From: an uncultured Thermoprotei archaeon
GTDB taxonomy: Archaea > Thermoproteota > Thermoprotei > Thermofilales > B15-G2
DNA length: 64,000 nucleotides
Reading direction: 5' to 3'
NCBI GenBank assembly: GCA_965367815.1
Contig: CBDUKN010000006.1
Location: forward strand, 54,201 to 118,200
Shown: in pieces, positions 1 to 10,377 of the stretch
Position numbering within the stretch: the stretch's first letter is position 1
How the letters are laid out: every line of letters begins with the position of its first letter
The notes under the pieces: model-generated
Seen by the model: the letters and a program-made list of their open reading frames with translations, nothing else
Told to the model about the DNA's origin: nothing
The model's database searches: none
Translations under genes and position numbers: made by a program

Positions 1-176
1 AATTACACAGGATAACTCTCCTAATAACAGCTCTCTCAAACATAATATTACTTGAAGAAATAGGTGTGAGCAGTATAGCTGATGTACTAATAGCTCTCTG
101 GTTTGATACACAGGGAGATAAAATAAGAAAAAAGATAACTGTATTAAAGCAGAGAGGAAGCTGGGTAAAAACGTGA
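1..176 (+). CDS. 3' end of a hypothetical protein (partial, runs off window)
   Basis: Frame 3 is open from base 3 (LHRITLLITALSNIILLEEIG...GSWVKT) to TGA 174-176, overlapping the next GTG start (GTGA coupling). Confidence 0.55.
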   Translation, partial: LHRITLLITALSNIILLEEIGVSSIADVLIALWFDTQGDKIRKKITVLKQRGSWVKT

Positions 177-442
177 TAGCAATTCTGCTAGCGAACCTTA
201 GGGCTGTGTACGATGCTCTCTTAGAGCTAAACAACAATATCGAAGACCAGACAGATAACTTGATAATCGAGCTAGTTTCAGCAATAAGCGGAAAATACAA
301 TATAAATATAGACCCCCATGAAGTCCTCGACGCACTTAAAGAAAACAATAGCCAAAAAATAGAGAGAATAACTAGACAGCTAGTAAACAGCAATAGAAAA
401 AATCTAGTACTTAAAGGCACTCAAGTAACTCGGCTACCCTGA
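173..442 (+). CDS. Hypothetical helical protein
   Basis: 89-aa ORF translationally coupled to the upstream ORF; no recognisable motif. Confidence 0.5.
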   Translation: MIAILLANLRAVYDALLELNNNIEDQTDNLIIELVSAISGKYNINIDPHEVLDALKENNSQKIERITRQLVNSNRKNLVLKGTQVTRLP

Positions 443-628
443 TTGTCTAGGCTCTAAGTACATTTCTACTACGTAACCGCACTTAGCGCAAAAAAGAATC
501 CTTAGTCTACGCTCTTCAAGCCAGTCAGGAATTTTAATAAACGACTTCACTATAGGAAACTTCTCAGCAATCTTAGAGACATCGATGTGCTTCTCTAAGA
601 CTTCTCCTTCGCACTTAGGACACTCCAT
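434..628 (-). CDS. Small zinc-ribbon protein
   Basis: CPKC...CAKCGY Cys pairs in 64 aa. Confidence 0.7.
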   Translation of the reverse strand: MECPKCEGEVLEKHIDVSKIAEKFPIVKSFIKIPDWLEERRLRILFCAKCGYVVEMYLEPRQSG

Positions 629-659
629 GAAAACTACTGCAATTACAAGTATTAAAGCT

Positions 660-1295
660 TTAGGGACTAGTTAGCGCTGCATACCAGCTAGCTATACCTC
701 TCATAATCATTTCAGCTGCTATAGCAGCGACAATAACTGCCATAAATCTGCCTACTGCTCTCACTACGCTAGGCTTCATTAACTCTATTAATTTCTCGCC
801 GAATCTCAGAGTCAAGTAAGTAGCTAGTACCGCTAAGTACGCCGCTACTAGTACAAAAACAGTGTTCATTAAAGACACTTTCCTGGTAGTCAATAAAATA
901 AGAATAGTCATTGTGCCTGGACCTACAATTAAGGGAGTAGCTATAGGCACTACAGCAATATCCTCTGGATCAAGCTCTCTTGTCCGGGGAGGCCCGCCGA
1001 GCATCTCAGCAGCTATAATCATTAGAAGTACTCCTCCTCCCACCTGAAGCGAGCTAACGCTAATATCGAAGAAAGCCAGCAAGTAGTCTCCAGCTAGCGT
1101 AAATACTGTTACTAAGAATAAGATAACTATGCTGGCTCTAAGCACAATAGCATTTCTCTTTTCTTTGCTAAAGTCTTCTGTGAGTGAAATAAATACAGGT
1201 AGGACCCCAGGTGGATCCATTATAGCGTATATTTGAATAAAATAAACAATTAAATCAGTCAGTGTAGGCTGACTCACAGCTTCTTGAACTAACAC
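660..1295 (-). CDS. marC: MarC family integral membrane protein
   Basis: IMDPPG, GGVLL and AVVPIATPLIVGPGT motifs; about 6 TM helices. Confidence 0.9.
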   Translation of the reverse strand: MLVQEAVSQPTLTDLIVYFIQIYAIMDPPGVLPVFISLTEDFSKEKRNAIVLRASIVILFLVTVFTLAGDYLLAFFDISVSSLQVGGGVLLMIIAAEMLGGPPRTRELDPEDIAVVPIATPLIVGPGTMTILILLTTRKVSLMNTVFVLVAAYLAVLATYLTLRFGEKLIELMKPSVVRAVGRFMAVIVAAIAAEMIMRGIASWYAALTSP

Positions 1296-1307
1296 TAGTT
1301 AAAAATC

Positions 1308-2111
1308 TTACTCTTTAACAATATGAAAAATACACTTATCGTCTCCAGCACTAAGACACTCTACTTCCTCTACTCTGTACCTCGATTTAAGTCCTCCCTC
1401 TAAATATCCTGCAAGATAGCCTCTAGTCCAGTGACAAGACGGCTCTCCCTCTTTTCTACAACATATTGCCTCGAAATTGTCTAGTATTTCAATATAGTAT
1501 TCTCTAGGCTCAATTTCCTCGATTTTAAAAACATAGCCGCGCCCCGTAAACATCCATATAGCCGAAAATCTCTTTAGCACATCTACTTCACTAAAAAACT
1601 TCACTCTCTTAGCTGCATCGAGTTCAGCTAAAGTAAGACCCCATGTTCTACCAAGCAGAAAAAGTAGAGCTTTTCCCTCGTCTCCCCACCGCTCTTTAAT
1701 AACAGCCATACCTTTACTAAAATGTTCTGCATCAAAAAGTACAGCTCTCCTCAAAGTACCGTGGTATACTAGAGGAAAAACTCTCGAAAACCTTACTTCG
1801 GGATCAGCCCTTTTAACATAGTACTCTACTTTAATTACTTCGGGTAGAGAATCTATTTCGTCAGCAGCCTTCTCGACTGACTTAAAGCTTTCAACGAGCT
1901 CAGCTATAATAAATAGAGGCCTAAAGCCTTTAACAGCGACTCCGGTGCCTATTTCTTCTGCCTCTATACCATTTTCGCACAGCTTCTCAATGACTTTAGG
2001 TAGTGCTCGAGATAAGTCAGTTACGAGAACAATAAGCTCGACAAAAGTTTTTCCTGGAGCATAGACATAGCCGAAAACTTCTCTAGCATAAATGTCTTTA
2101 ACTCTGTGCAT
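1308..2111 (-). CDS. ACT-like plus V4R domain protein
   Basis: C-terminal DNFEA..PSCHWTRGYLAG..VEEVECLSAGDDKCIF is V4R; the N-terminus has an ACT-like alpha/beta pattern. Confidence 0.85.
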   Translation of the reverse strand: MHRVKDIYAREVFGYVYAPGKTFVELIVLVTDLSRALPKVIEKLCENGIEAEEIGTGVAVKGFRPLFIIAELVESFKSVEKAADEIDSLPEVIKVEYYVKRADPEVRFSRVFPLVYHGTLRRAVLFDAEHFSKGMAVIKERWGDEGKALLFLLGRTWGLTLAELDAAKRVKFFSEVDVLKRFSAIWMFTGRGYVFKIEEIEPREYYIEILDNFEAICCRKEGEPSCHWTRGYLAGYLEGGLKSRYRVEEVECLSAGDDKCIFHIVKE

Positions 2112-2443
2112 ACGTGTACAAAAAGAACCAGCGCATATATACCTTTTTATTTTAACTGAAATAAATAGTGTTCAATATTTCAGGAAACCATAAAAACATT
2201 TTTATTCTTTTTTATTCTTTTCTCTAATACCCCTTAAATAAAATCTAAGCGATACACTATATATTTCCGAAAAAATCAACAAATACTCAAAAAACAGTCA
2301 CTTTTATAGCTGTTCAACTTATATTTACTTTGCGTAAAAATATTAACTAAATTATTATTTTTACTCAATTTTTCCCTTAAAATCAGGCTCAGTTCCACTT
2401 CACTAGGTAAGTATTTTAAAGGAAAGGCTGATAGTAGTACTGT

Positions 2444-3559
2444 ATGTCTGAAGTATATCTTATCAAGTTTACTAGGCATACTCACAACATATTAAAGTAC
2501 ACTAGAATACTTCTCGAAGCTACTAACTTCAAAAATAATCTGAAAGAAGGAGAGCTAGTTGCAGTAAAACTGCATTTCGGCGAACGAGGAAATATGCGTC
2601 ATCCAAGACCCCAAATAGTTAAAGCTATAGTAGACTACATTAAAGAAAATGGAGCACTCCCGTTTTTAACAGACACTACCACTCTTTACTCGGGGTACAG
2701 GCGAAACGCTGTTGAGTACTTAGAGACAGCTGCTATTAACGGCTTTACAATAGGGACTGTTGATGCGCCGGTAATAATTGCCGACGGTCTCCTTGGAAGA
2801 GACTACAGAGAAGTAAAAACTCCCGGTGAACTAGGATCCGTTGCAGTAGCTTCAGCTATTGCTGAAGCAGACGCTATGGTAGTTTTATCGCACTTTAAGT
2901 TCCACGTGTCATTTGGCTTCGGAGGAGCATTAAAAAACCTAGCTATGGGCTGCGTTGCCCGTAAAACTAAATTTGATATGCACGCTGTAGCTAAGCCAGA
3001 AATCATACCGGAGCGCTGTATTGGCTGTGGACTTTGTGCAAGACACTGTGCATGGGGCGCTATCTCTATTAAAGAAGGAAAAGCAGTCATAGATTACAGC
3101 AAGTGTGTTGGCTGTGGAGACTGCGTTGCTATATGTAGGCAGAAAGCCGTCCGCATGCCCTGGGGTACAGGTGAACACGTAGAGAAAATGCTTAAGAGAG
3201 CAGCTGAAGCCGTATGTGGTGTTTTAAAAACATTTGATAAAAATAAAGTACTTTACATAAACTTACTTGTGGAAATAACTAGACTATGTGACTGCGCTAC
3301 TTCACTTGAGCCCCCAGTAGTAGTTGACATAGGTATGCTCGCTTCCTATGACCCCGTGGCAATAGACCAGGCTTCGCTCGATTTAGTCAATAATGCTCCA
3401 GGATACTATTTCAAAGAAGACGGGTCTTTAGAAAAAATAGAAGCAGGCGTAGATAAAGTAAAGTTCTTCTTCCCTGAAGTAAAGTACTGGATACTACTAG
3501 AAGAAGCAGAAAAAATGGGAATAGGTCAAAGAAAGTACAAATTAATTAGGCTAGGATAG
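2444..3559 (+). CDS. DUF362 family Fe-S protein with 2x[4Fe-4S] ferredoxin insert
   Basis: VAVKLHFGE, FGGALKNLAMGC, two CxxCxxCxxxC motifs, ASYDPVAIDQAS. Confidence 0.9.
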   Translation: MSEVYLIKFTRHTHNILKYTRILLEATNFKNNLKEGELVAVKLHFGERGNMRHPRPQIVKAIVDYIKENGALPFLTDTTTLYSGYRRNAVEYLETAAINGFTIGTVDAPVIIADGLLGRDYREVKTPGELGSVAVASAIAEADAMVVLSHFKFHVSFGFGGALKNLAMGCVARKTKFDMHAVAKPEIIPERCIGCGLCARHCAWGAISIKEGKAVIDYSKCVGCGDCVAICRQKAVRMPWGTGEHVEKMLKRAAEAVCGVLKTFDKNKVLYINLLVEITRLCDCATSLEPPVVVDIGMLASYDPVAIDQASLDLVNNAPGYYFKEDGSLEKIEAGVDKVKFFFPEVKYWILLEEAEKMGIGQRKYKLIRLG

Positions 3560-3820
3560 CGCTGTTTCTTTAAGCCATGTTTCCAGCTTTTCTCTCTTAA
3601 AAACGTATTTATGTTTAAGTGAAGTAGCTTTAAGCTGCTTAGCTAGCTCCTTTAAAGCTCGAGAAAAACATATGACTTCACGTTTACTTGTTTTCCTCCC
3701 TCCATAATATCGTCTCAAGTCTTTTGAACTTAAAGTAACAATACCTCCTTTTGTTTGAGAAAGCTTTTTCTCAGCAACTATCCTCACCAGCCTAAACCCC
3801 TCAGCCATCCATCTATCCAT
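3551..3820 (-). CDS. Small basic hypothetical protein, possibly DNA-binding
   Basis: 89-aa Lys/Arg-rich ORF with a GAGGGG RBS upstream. Confidence 0.55.
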   Translation of the reverse strand: MDRWMAEGFRLVRIVAEKKLSQTKGGIVTLSSKDLRRYYGGRKTSKREVICFSRALKELAKQLKATSLKHKYVFKREKLETWLKETALS

Positions 3821-3980
3821 TAACTTCCCCTCAAAACACTTTTAGTAACTATACTCATAGGGAATTTAAGCCTTTTGTCCGGCAGTCCTACTATTAATTG
3901 AATAATTAACAAAATAAAAATTTTTCGTATTCAAAAAAGACCAGACTATATTTGTTTATAAAAATAGATAATTTGATAAT

Positions 3981-4205
3981 TTAACCCATCATTAGGCCTC
4001 TTCTTTCAGTTCTAGAGTAAAGCTCTCTATTAAGTAGATCTCTTACAGCGACGCGAATCGCTTCACTGCGACTAGGATAGCGTCCTCCCTCAACAAGTTT
4101 TTCGAGACCCTGAACAAGATGGTCGGGAAGGTGTACTGTTATTAGCCGCATGTTGGATTTTCTGCCCACAGCCCCCAGCTTCCTCATGTTAAGCATAGTA
4201 TCCAA
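3981..4205 (-). CDS. Ribbon-helix-helix regulator (CopG; CdrS/aCcr1-like)
   Basis: MRLITVHLP..LVEGGRYPSRSEAIRVAVRDLL; true start may be a later Met. Confidence 0.85.
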   Translation of the reverse strand: MDTMLNMRKLGAVGRKSNMRLITVHLPDHLVQGLEKLVEGGRYPSRSEAIRVAVRDLLNRELYSRTERRGLMMG

Positions 4206-4412
4206 GAGATTTAAAACCGTACCCGGGGGGTCGTGAATAAGAGCGTATTATACAGATATTTTACCTACTCTTTTACCCAAAAATATTCGAAGATAGCTGT
4301 AAAAATACATTTTTATGTGCCTACTATTTCACAGAATACTTTATTAACAAAAGTTTTTCTCAAAAGAGAAGAGAAAAGGTCAAGAAAAGTTAGCTACAAT
4401 GATACTTAAATT

Positions 4413-5096
4413 CTATATATTTTGCACAAACCGTCTAGCATTGAGTATAAGTTTCTCTAGAACAGTATACGCTTTGAGAGCTTCTCTTCTATCTACTATG
4501 AGAATAGTGTCAGTGTGACATGAGATAAACTGAGTTATGTTTATTCCTTGACTAGCTAGCGCTGAAAGAATGTAGGCTATTACTCCAGGAGTTTTGATTA
4601 TCTCACGGGGGCTCGTAATGAGTATTGCTGTCTGATTTTCTAGAACTTCTACATCGCCTATTTTAGCTAAAGTTTTTTCGATTAAGCTCCGTATACTATT
4701 GTAGAGGTCTTTATCCATCATTATAGTCATGTGTCTAGAACTCTGAGTCACTTGAAGAAAACCAGTCTTTTTTAGAAAAACTTCTTTAGTTAATACACTA
4801 GAACCCTGTACTCCACAAATAGTGCACACGACAATATCATTTATTAATTGTAGAGAACTAGAAGCAATTATTTCTCTTACACGGTCTTCGGTGAAACTCT
4901 TTTCTTCAAGTTTCTCAGCAAATCTTCTTAAAGCCATTTTTACTGCAGGAATATTTTCTTTACCTAAATTTAGCTCAGAGACAATTAATCTAGCCAGGGC
5001 GCTATAGTTTACTATTTTTTTCGATAGTGCTTCAAGTAAATAGGGTCTTGAGGAAACATATTCTCTCACAATGTTACTTATATTCTCTCGTCCCAC
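4413..5096 (-). CDS. ACT domain-containing protein
   Basis: N-terminal IVNYSALAR; C-terminal TPGVIAYILSALASQGINI ACT motif. Confidence 0.85.
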   Translation of the reverse strand: MGRENISNIVREYVSSRPYLLEALSKKIVNYSALARLIVSELNLGKENIPAVKMALRRFAEKLEEKSFTEDRVREIIASSSLQLINDIVVCTICGVQGSSVLTKEVFLKKTGFLQVTQSSRHMTIMMDKDLYNSIRSLIEKTLAKIGDVEVLENQTAILITSPREIIKTPGVIAYILSALASQGINITQFISCHTDTILIVDRREALKAYTVLEKLILNARRFVQNI

Positions 5097-5181
5097 AAGT
5101 TACATTTGTAACAGGAATATTTCAATCTTATGCTATATGTTACATTAGGAATATATTTGTCCCAATTTAAACCTAGACGAG

Positions 5182-6015
5182 GTGATACATGTGAACAAGA
5201 ATCTGTTAATAGGAATAGCCGTAGGTCTAGTAATAGGAATCATTGTAGGAGCGACAGCCTCTGCCGTGCTGCCACTCCTCCATAAACATAAAGAAGAAAG
5301 CTTACTCGAGAAAATTAAGAAAAGAGGAGTCTTGATAGTCGGGACTAGCGCTGACTGGCCTCCATTCGAGTACATTGATAAAAGCGGGAATTATGCCGGA
5401 ATAGATATCGAGATAGCTAAAAAGATAGCTGAAGCAATTGGAGTAAAACTTGAGATAAAAGACATTAAGTTTGACGCGCTTATTGCTGCTCTTAAGGGAG
5501 GAGAAATAGACATGATTATAGCTGACATGACTCCTACAGCTGAAAGAGAAAAGGAAGTTGATTTCTCTACGCCGTACTACTTAGATGTCTTTGTCTTCGT
5601 AGTACTCAAATCATCCAATATATCTTCTCTAGAAGACCTATACGGTAAAACAATTGGTGTTCAGCAAGGAACTATTCAAGAAGAATGGGCTAATGAGCAT
5701 CTTAAAGGCAAGTGCACTATTAAGAGCTATACTAAAGTCTACCCCGACATGGTCTTAGTTCTCGAGAGAGGAGATGTTGACGCTATACTAATATCTAAAA
5801 CTGTAGCAGAGGTGCTTATGGCTAAAGACCCTGAGCTCAAAATAGCTTTCCTAGTAAAGGGAACAGAGGAATACGCAGCTATAGCAGTGCCAGAGAATGC
5901 CGAGGACTTAAAGTATGTTGTAAACAAAGTAATCGAGCAGTTAAAGAGCTCCGGTGAACTAGACAAGATTATTCAGCAGGAAATAGACAAGTGGCTTAAA
6001 GAACAGGGCGGCTAA
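5182..6015 (+). CDS. Polar amino acid ABC transporter substrate-binding protein
   Basis: N-terminal TM anchor; GTSADWPPFEY, GIDIEIA and ERxKEVDFS SBP_bac_3 motifs. Confidence 0.93.
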   Translation: MIHVNKNLLIGIAVGLVIGIIVGATASAVLPLLHKHKEESLLEKIKKRGVLIVGTSADWPPFEYIDKSGNYAGIDIEIAKKIAEAIGVKLEIKDIKFDALIAALKGGEIDMIIADMTPTAEREKEVDFSTPYYLDVFVFVVLKSSNISSLEDLYGKTIGVQQGTIQEEWANEHLKGKCTIKSYTKVYPDMVLVLERGDVDAILISKTVAEVLMAKDPELKIAFLVKGTEEYAAIAVPENAEDLKYVVNKVIEQLKSSGELDKIIQQEIDKWLKEQGG

Positions 6016-6036
6016 CATTAGTAAAGGGACCCTTAT

Positions 6037-6699
6037 ATGAATCCTGTATTTTTTATAATTGAGATACTGCCTTTTCTCCTACAAGGGCTCTGGATGACTA
6101 TCTACGTAAGCTTCGCTTCCTTTGCACTAGGCTTTCTGCTAGCAGTACTATTTGCTCCCCTCAGGATATTCGCAAAAGAAATAGCAGACCCACCTATCAC
6201 AGCGTACGTCGAAGTCTTCCGAGGAACCCCTGTACTAGTACAGCTACTCTTCATATACTTCGGACTACCCTCTCTAGGAATAAAACTAGACCCAGTACTC
6301 GCAGGTATAGTCGCCTTAGGACTAAATAGCGCTGCCTACCAGTCAGAAATCTTCAGATCTGCCCTAAAGGCGATACCCAACGAGCAAGTCTTGGCAGCAG
6401 AGTCTCTCGGGCTATCTAATATACAGATCTATAGATACGTTATACTGCCGCAGGCACTTAGAGTAGCTGTCCCATCACTCATAAATGAGATAGTAGCATT
6501 AATTAAAGAAAGCTCCCTCGTATCAATTATCGGCGTAGCTGAATTAACACGCCGCGGAGAATACTTAGTGGCCATAACATTCAAGCCCCTCGAAGTATTT
6601 ACTGCAGTAGCGCTAGTATACTTCATTGTCTGCTACACTACATCAAGGCTAGCTAAAGTAGTAGAAAAGAAATTTAAGATCCCCGGCTACAGAGAGTGA
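6037..6699 (+). CDS. Polar amino acid ABC transporter permease
   Basis: FRGTPVLVQL, AYQSEIFRS, ILPQA motifs. Confidence 0.93.
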   Translation: MNPVFFIIEILPFLLQGLWMTIYVSFASFALGFLLAVLFAPLRIFAKEIADPPITAYVEVFRGTPVLVQLLFIYFGLPSLGIKLDPVLAGIVALGLNSAAYQSEIFRSALKAIPNEQVLAAESLGLSNIQIYRYVILPQALRVAVPSLINEIVALIKESSLVSIIGVAELTRRGEYLVAITFKPLEVFTAVALVYFIVCYTTSRLAKVVEKKFKIPGYRE

Positions 6700-6703
6700 A
6701 AAC

Positions 6704-7477
6704 ATGGCCTTCCTAGAGATCATAGACCTAGTCGCGGGATACGATGACAACATAGTCATCAAAGGACTCTCGATGAAAGTAGAGGAAGGAGAGAAAGTAG
6801 TTATCATAGGGCCAAGTGGCTCAGGAAAATCGACACTCCTAAAGTGCATCGTAAGGCTAGTTGAGCCTAAAAGCGGCAAAATATTCTTCAGGGGAGTAGA
6901 TGTAACATCAAAGGACATCGACATAAGGAAAATTAGACAAAGAACAGGCTTCGTGTTCCAAAACTACAATCTTTTTCCACACATGACAGTACTACAAAAC
7001 ATACTCCTTCCGCTCCGAGTAGTAAAGAAAATGCCTAAAGAAGAAGCCTTGAAGAAAGCACTATCAGTCCTGGAGAAAGTAGGAATGCTAGAGTACAAAG
7101 ACGCATATCCGCTCCAGCTCTCGGGAGGACAGCAGCAGAGAGTAGCTATAGCAAGAGCACTAGCAATGGACCCTGAGCTAATGCTACTAGACGAACCTAC
7201 TTCAGCTCTAGACCCAGAGCTAGTAGACGAAGTACTAGACATATTGAGAAAAGTAGCTAAGCAGGGAATAACACTCCTAATAGTAACACATGAACTAGAC
7301 TTCGCCGAAGACGTAGCAGACAGAATAATATTCATGGAAGACGGAAAAATAGTAGAAGAAGGGCCACCTCACAAACTACTCTACAACCCAGAGAAACAAA
7401 GAACAAAACTTTTCTTAAGAAGGATACTAAAGAGACTTCACAATAAAACTATAAACCAAGAAATAAACAGCAATTAG
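6704..7477 (+). CDS. Polar amino acid ABC transporter ATPase (GlnQ-like)
   Basis: GPSGSGKS, LSGGQQQR, LLDEPTSALDPE. Confidence 0.95.
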   Translation: MAFLEIIDLVAGYDDNIVIKGLSMKVEEGEKVVIIGPSGSGKSTLLKCIVRLVEPKSGKIFFRGVDVTSKDIDIRKIRQRTGFVFQNYNLFPHMTVLQNILLPLRVVKKMPKEEALKKALSVLEKVGMLEYKDAYPLQLSGGQQQRVAIARALAMDPELMLLDEPTSALDPELVDEVLDILRKVAKQGITLLIVTHELDFAEDVADRIIFMEDGKIVEEGPPHKLLYNPEKQRTKLFLRRILKRLHNKTINQEINSN

Positions 7478-7567
7478 AGTCAAAACAACTAAATACTTTA
7501 ATCAACAATAGTGAAAATATCGACTCAAATAAGTAATGGAATTACCGCTATTTATAATCGATATCAT

Positions 7568-7983
7568 TTACATTAAATGCGTTAACCATATTCTCTTCAC
7601 CCAGTCTATTTTATCGTACTCAGAGTCTTCTGAAGCAATAAACATAATGTTGTTTCTTTCATAGCTCCTAAGTGTAGTGCATCTGAAGGCTTTATATTGT
7701 AATCAGATAATATTTTTGCCACTTCAATGTATTCATCCTCTCCTAACTTTAGTATATTCACATAGGGTAGTATGGATGATTTGATAAAACTTAAAGATAT
7801 TCGATAAGGTATCTTATATTTTTTCCTAGATACATATACTAGTTCATTCGATACTAGTACATCTGTATAAGCTTTATATTTTCTCAATATATTGAAATAA
7901 AAGTTATCATATATTAGTCTTATCGTATTATCTGTAATAGTATTTAAGTATATAAACAGATTAGCATTAATAAATACTTTCAT
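7568..7983 (-). pseudogene. vapC: VapC PIN toxin, frameshifted
   Basis: MKVFINAN (first catalytic D replaced by N), KPSDALH; the C-terminal IASEDSEYDKIDWVKRIW lies in another frame ending at 7568. Confidence 0.8.
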
Positions 7984-8242
7984 TCAAACTCCTCCTCTAA
8001 ATGAATTCCTGCAAGCTCGCCCGGCTTAAGTTCTCTCCTATTTTGAATATTTTTATGAGCTCTACATGTTTTTTGAGAGCCTCCCGAAGTTTTTCAATAT
8101 CCACTTTTCTAATAGGCTTAAGTAAAATACAATCCTTGATTTCAACAATCAGTTCATCTCCCTCTTCAATACCCACAGCCTCACGAACCGCTTTGGGAAG
8201 AATAACATAACCCTTTTTACCAACCTTTATTTTCAGTGTCAA
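7980..8242 (-). pseudogene. vapB: AbrB-type VapB antitoxin, frameshifted near C-terminus
   Basis: KVGKKGYVILPKAVREAVGIEEGD; the alternative frame gives ...KPGELAGIHLEEEFE*, overlapping the vapC ATG. Confidence 0.75.
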
Positions 8243-8959
8243 ACCAATTTCACCTACAGTTAAACTGAAGTTAATCTATATAAACTTTTTCTATTAAAAT
8301 AGTTGTTTGCACTAACAATAATTTAAATTTATTTAGTTTATCTTCATTTCACAACTACTAAAATAACTCTATTTGTTTTTAGAATAGTTTAGCAATAACT
8401 ATATAGTTTTAGGCCTTAATTGAGCCAACTCTGCAGAAAATCCAGCGTCTTTTCTCCTAAACTCATCTAAAATTACTTTAGTCCTACCTTTACTGAAAAA
8501 TATATCCACCCAATTTCTTTCTTAAAAATTCTTTAGGCAGATTTAGCTTATTTCCTTTAGTCCTCAGAACATGTAGTACCTTTATCACAGCTTCTTTACT
8601 TAACTTTATGACAAATAATGAATAAAAATAGATTAAATTATTGTAGTGAATAACTTAATGGCTTACTTTAGCTATTATTACTAAAATACAATTACTTTCA
8701 TAAAGATTTTACTTTCATGTCGGAGAAACTTTATAGAAAAAGAATATCTAAGAAAATTCTGCTTTAAAATTTAATAGAAATTATCTTATATAAAAATAAA
8801 ACAAATAGTTAAGCATATACTGCAAGCTAGTTATATAACTTTGTTAAATACTAACACTAAAAATACATGTACTTGAAATCTTTTTACGTATTCTACAATA
8901 CAAGTACAGCATTTTGAGAAAATGAGTTAAGAATATATTTCATCACATGTATCTGAATT

Positions 8960-9205
8960 ATGTCTCAAGCTAGCATAATAAATTTATTATCTGAGCTAGA
9001 GAAATGGCTGCGAAATAAACTACACAATGTTAAATGCCCTGCATGCGGACACATAATAGTCTCAAATCATCCTCCTCAGTGGGTTAACGAGCATTTACCA
9101 CATATAACAGTAGGAGAAGAAGAAATTTCAGTAAGCTATAGATGCAAAAAGGGAGGCCTTATAGAAATCTGTAGACTTCCTAGAACAGTTGAAGAAAAAA
9201 TTTAG
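8960..9205 (+). CDS. Small putative zinc-finger protein
   Basis: CPACGH plus distal YRCKKGG and C; 81 aa. Confidence 0.55.
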   Translation: MSQASIINLLSELEKWLRNKLHNVKCPACGHIIVSNHPPQWVNEHLPHITVGEEEISVSYRCKKGGLIEICRLPRTVEEKI

Positions 9206-9541
9206 TGGAAATACTACAAGAATATTTGAATAGTTTAAGATAGTTTTATTTAGATAAATATATCACCTAGAATACTAGTTCTATCAATTTTACTTCAATA
9301 GCATCTCTGTTTCTGAGAAAACTGATGCTTAAAGGGCATCTGTATACTATATTCAGTAACTTTAAGGAATCAACATTACGTCGCATGTTGCTAAACTACC
9401 TAACTTTCTTCTATGATTTCATCGAAGAAAAATAGAGCTTATTGGCCATAGCAGTATTAAGCGGTAAATTATTTTGAAATAATGATTTTGAATTTATTTT
9501 ATTCAAGAAAACTATAAATTCTTGTATGTATCATTTGATGC

Positions 9542-10288
9542 GTGAAGATGCGTGAATTTGATTTAGCTAGAGTACTTAAATATCTTTATTCTGCACGGGA
9601 AGCTTGTTATGAAATACTATTACATGTTAAGGATGAGTCTACTACTTATGGTGAATTGAGAGAACCTTTAGAAAAAATAAGCCTTTATTTGAGCCCGCTC
9701 GAAGGATTACATAGAGTAGTAGACGAAATAATTAGTGAAGTACGAGACTATATTGAATTGTATAAGCTGAGAATTTTTGAGAAAGTTAGTCCCGAAGATA
9801 TGAAGCTCTTAGCAGAGTCTGCTAAAATATGGGAAGAGAAAGTAAGATTCCTGATAGATAATATAGATGCTATAATTGGCTCTAAACAAGTTTTCACGCC
9901 GCCGCAGCCTCCTGCTACCGTAACTAGGCCTGTTTCAGCAAGCCTCATATGTGAAGACACAGGTGAGAAAGTACGTATATCAGATTACTGTATTATTGGG
10001 AGAGACCCCTATACAAATAAGGTAACAGTGTATGATAGCAGAGGTAGAATTCTCTACCAGTTAAATAAAGTTGATAGATATGTCACTAGGTACAATCCCC
10101 GTATAGGCAAGTACGGCCATGCTATTTTACTCTATGAAGAAAACAAAGGGTGGCTTATTGAAGACGAGTACAGCACTAATGGAACCTATTTAAATGGAAA
10201 ACTTATACCGCCTAAAGCTAGAGTAAAGCTTAGAAACGGAGACATTATAGAAATAGGCTCAACAAAATTCAAGTTCATACTCTACTAA
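9542..10288 (+). CDS. FHA domain protein with N-terminal helical domain
   Basis: IIGRD...HA...DEYSTNGTYLNG...LRNGDIIEIG; Pro-rich linker PPQPP. Confidence 0.88.
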   Translation: MKMREFDLARVLKYLYSAREACYEILLHVKDESTTYGELREPLEKISLYLSPLEGLHRVVDEIISEVRDYIELYKLRIFEKVSPEDMKLLAESAKIWEEKVRFLIDNIDAIIGSKQVFTPPQPPATVTRPVSASLICEDTGEKVRISDYCIIGRDPYTNKVTVYDSRGRILYQLNKVDRYVTRYNPRIGKYGHAILLYEENKGWLIEDEYSTNGTYLNGKLIPPKARVKLRNGDIIEIGSTKFKFILY

Positions 10289-10377
10289 TCTATCTATTCA
10301 AATCTTTTAGAGTCACACAAATTTACCTTACTAAACTTATATGAAATCTCAAGTTTTAAACAAGTGCGGTAACTTAT

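Noticed and set aside
8243-8959. Long AT-rich gap with a minus-strand KVILDEFRR Walker-B-like fragment
   Set aside because: Too short and decayed to call; no repeats or RNA motifs were recognised.
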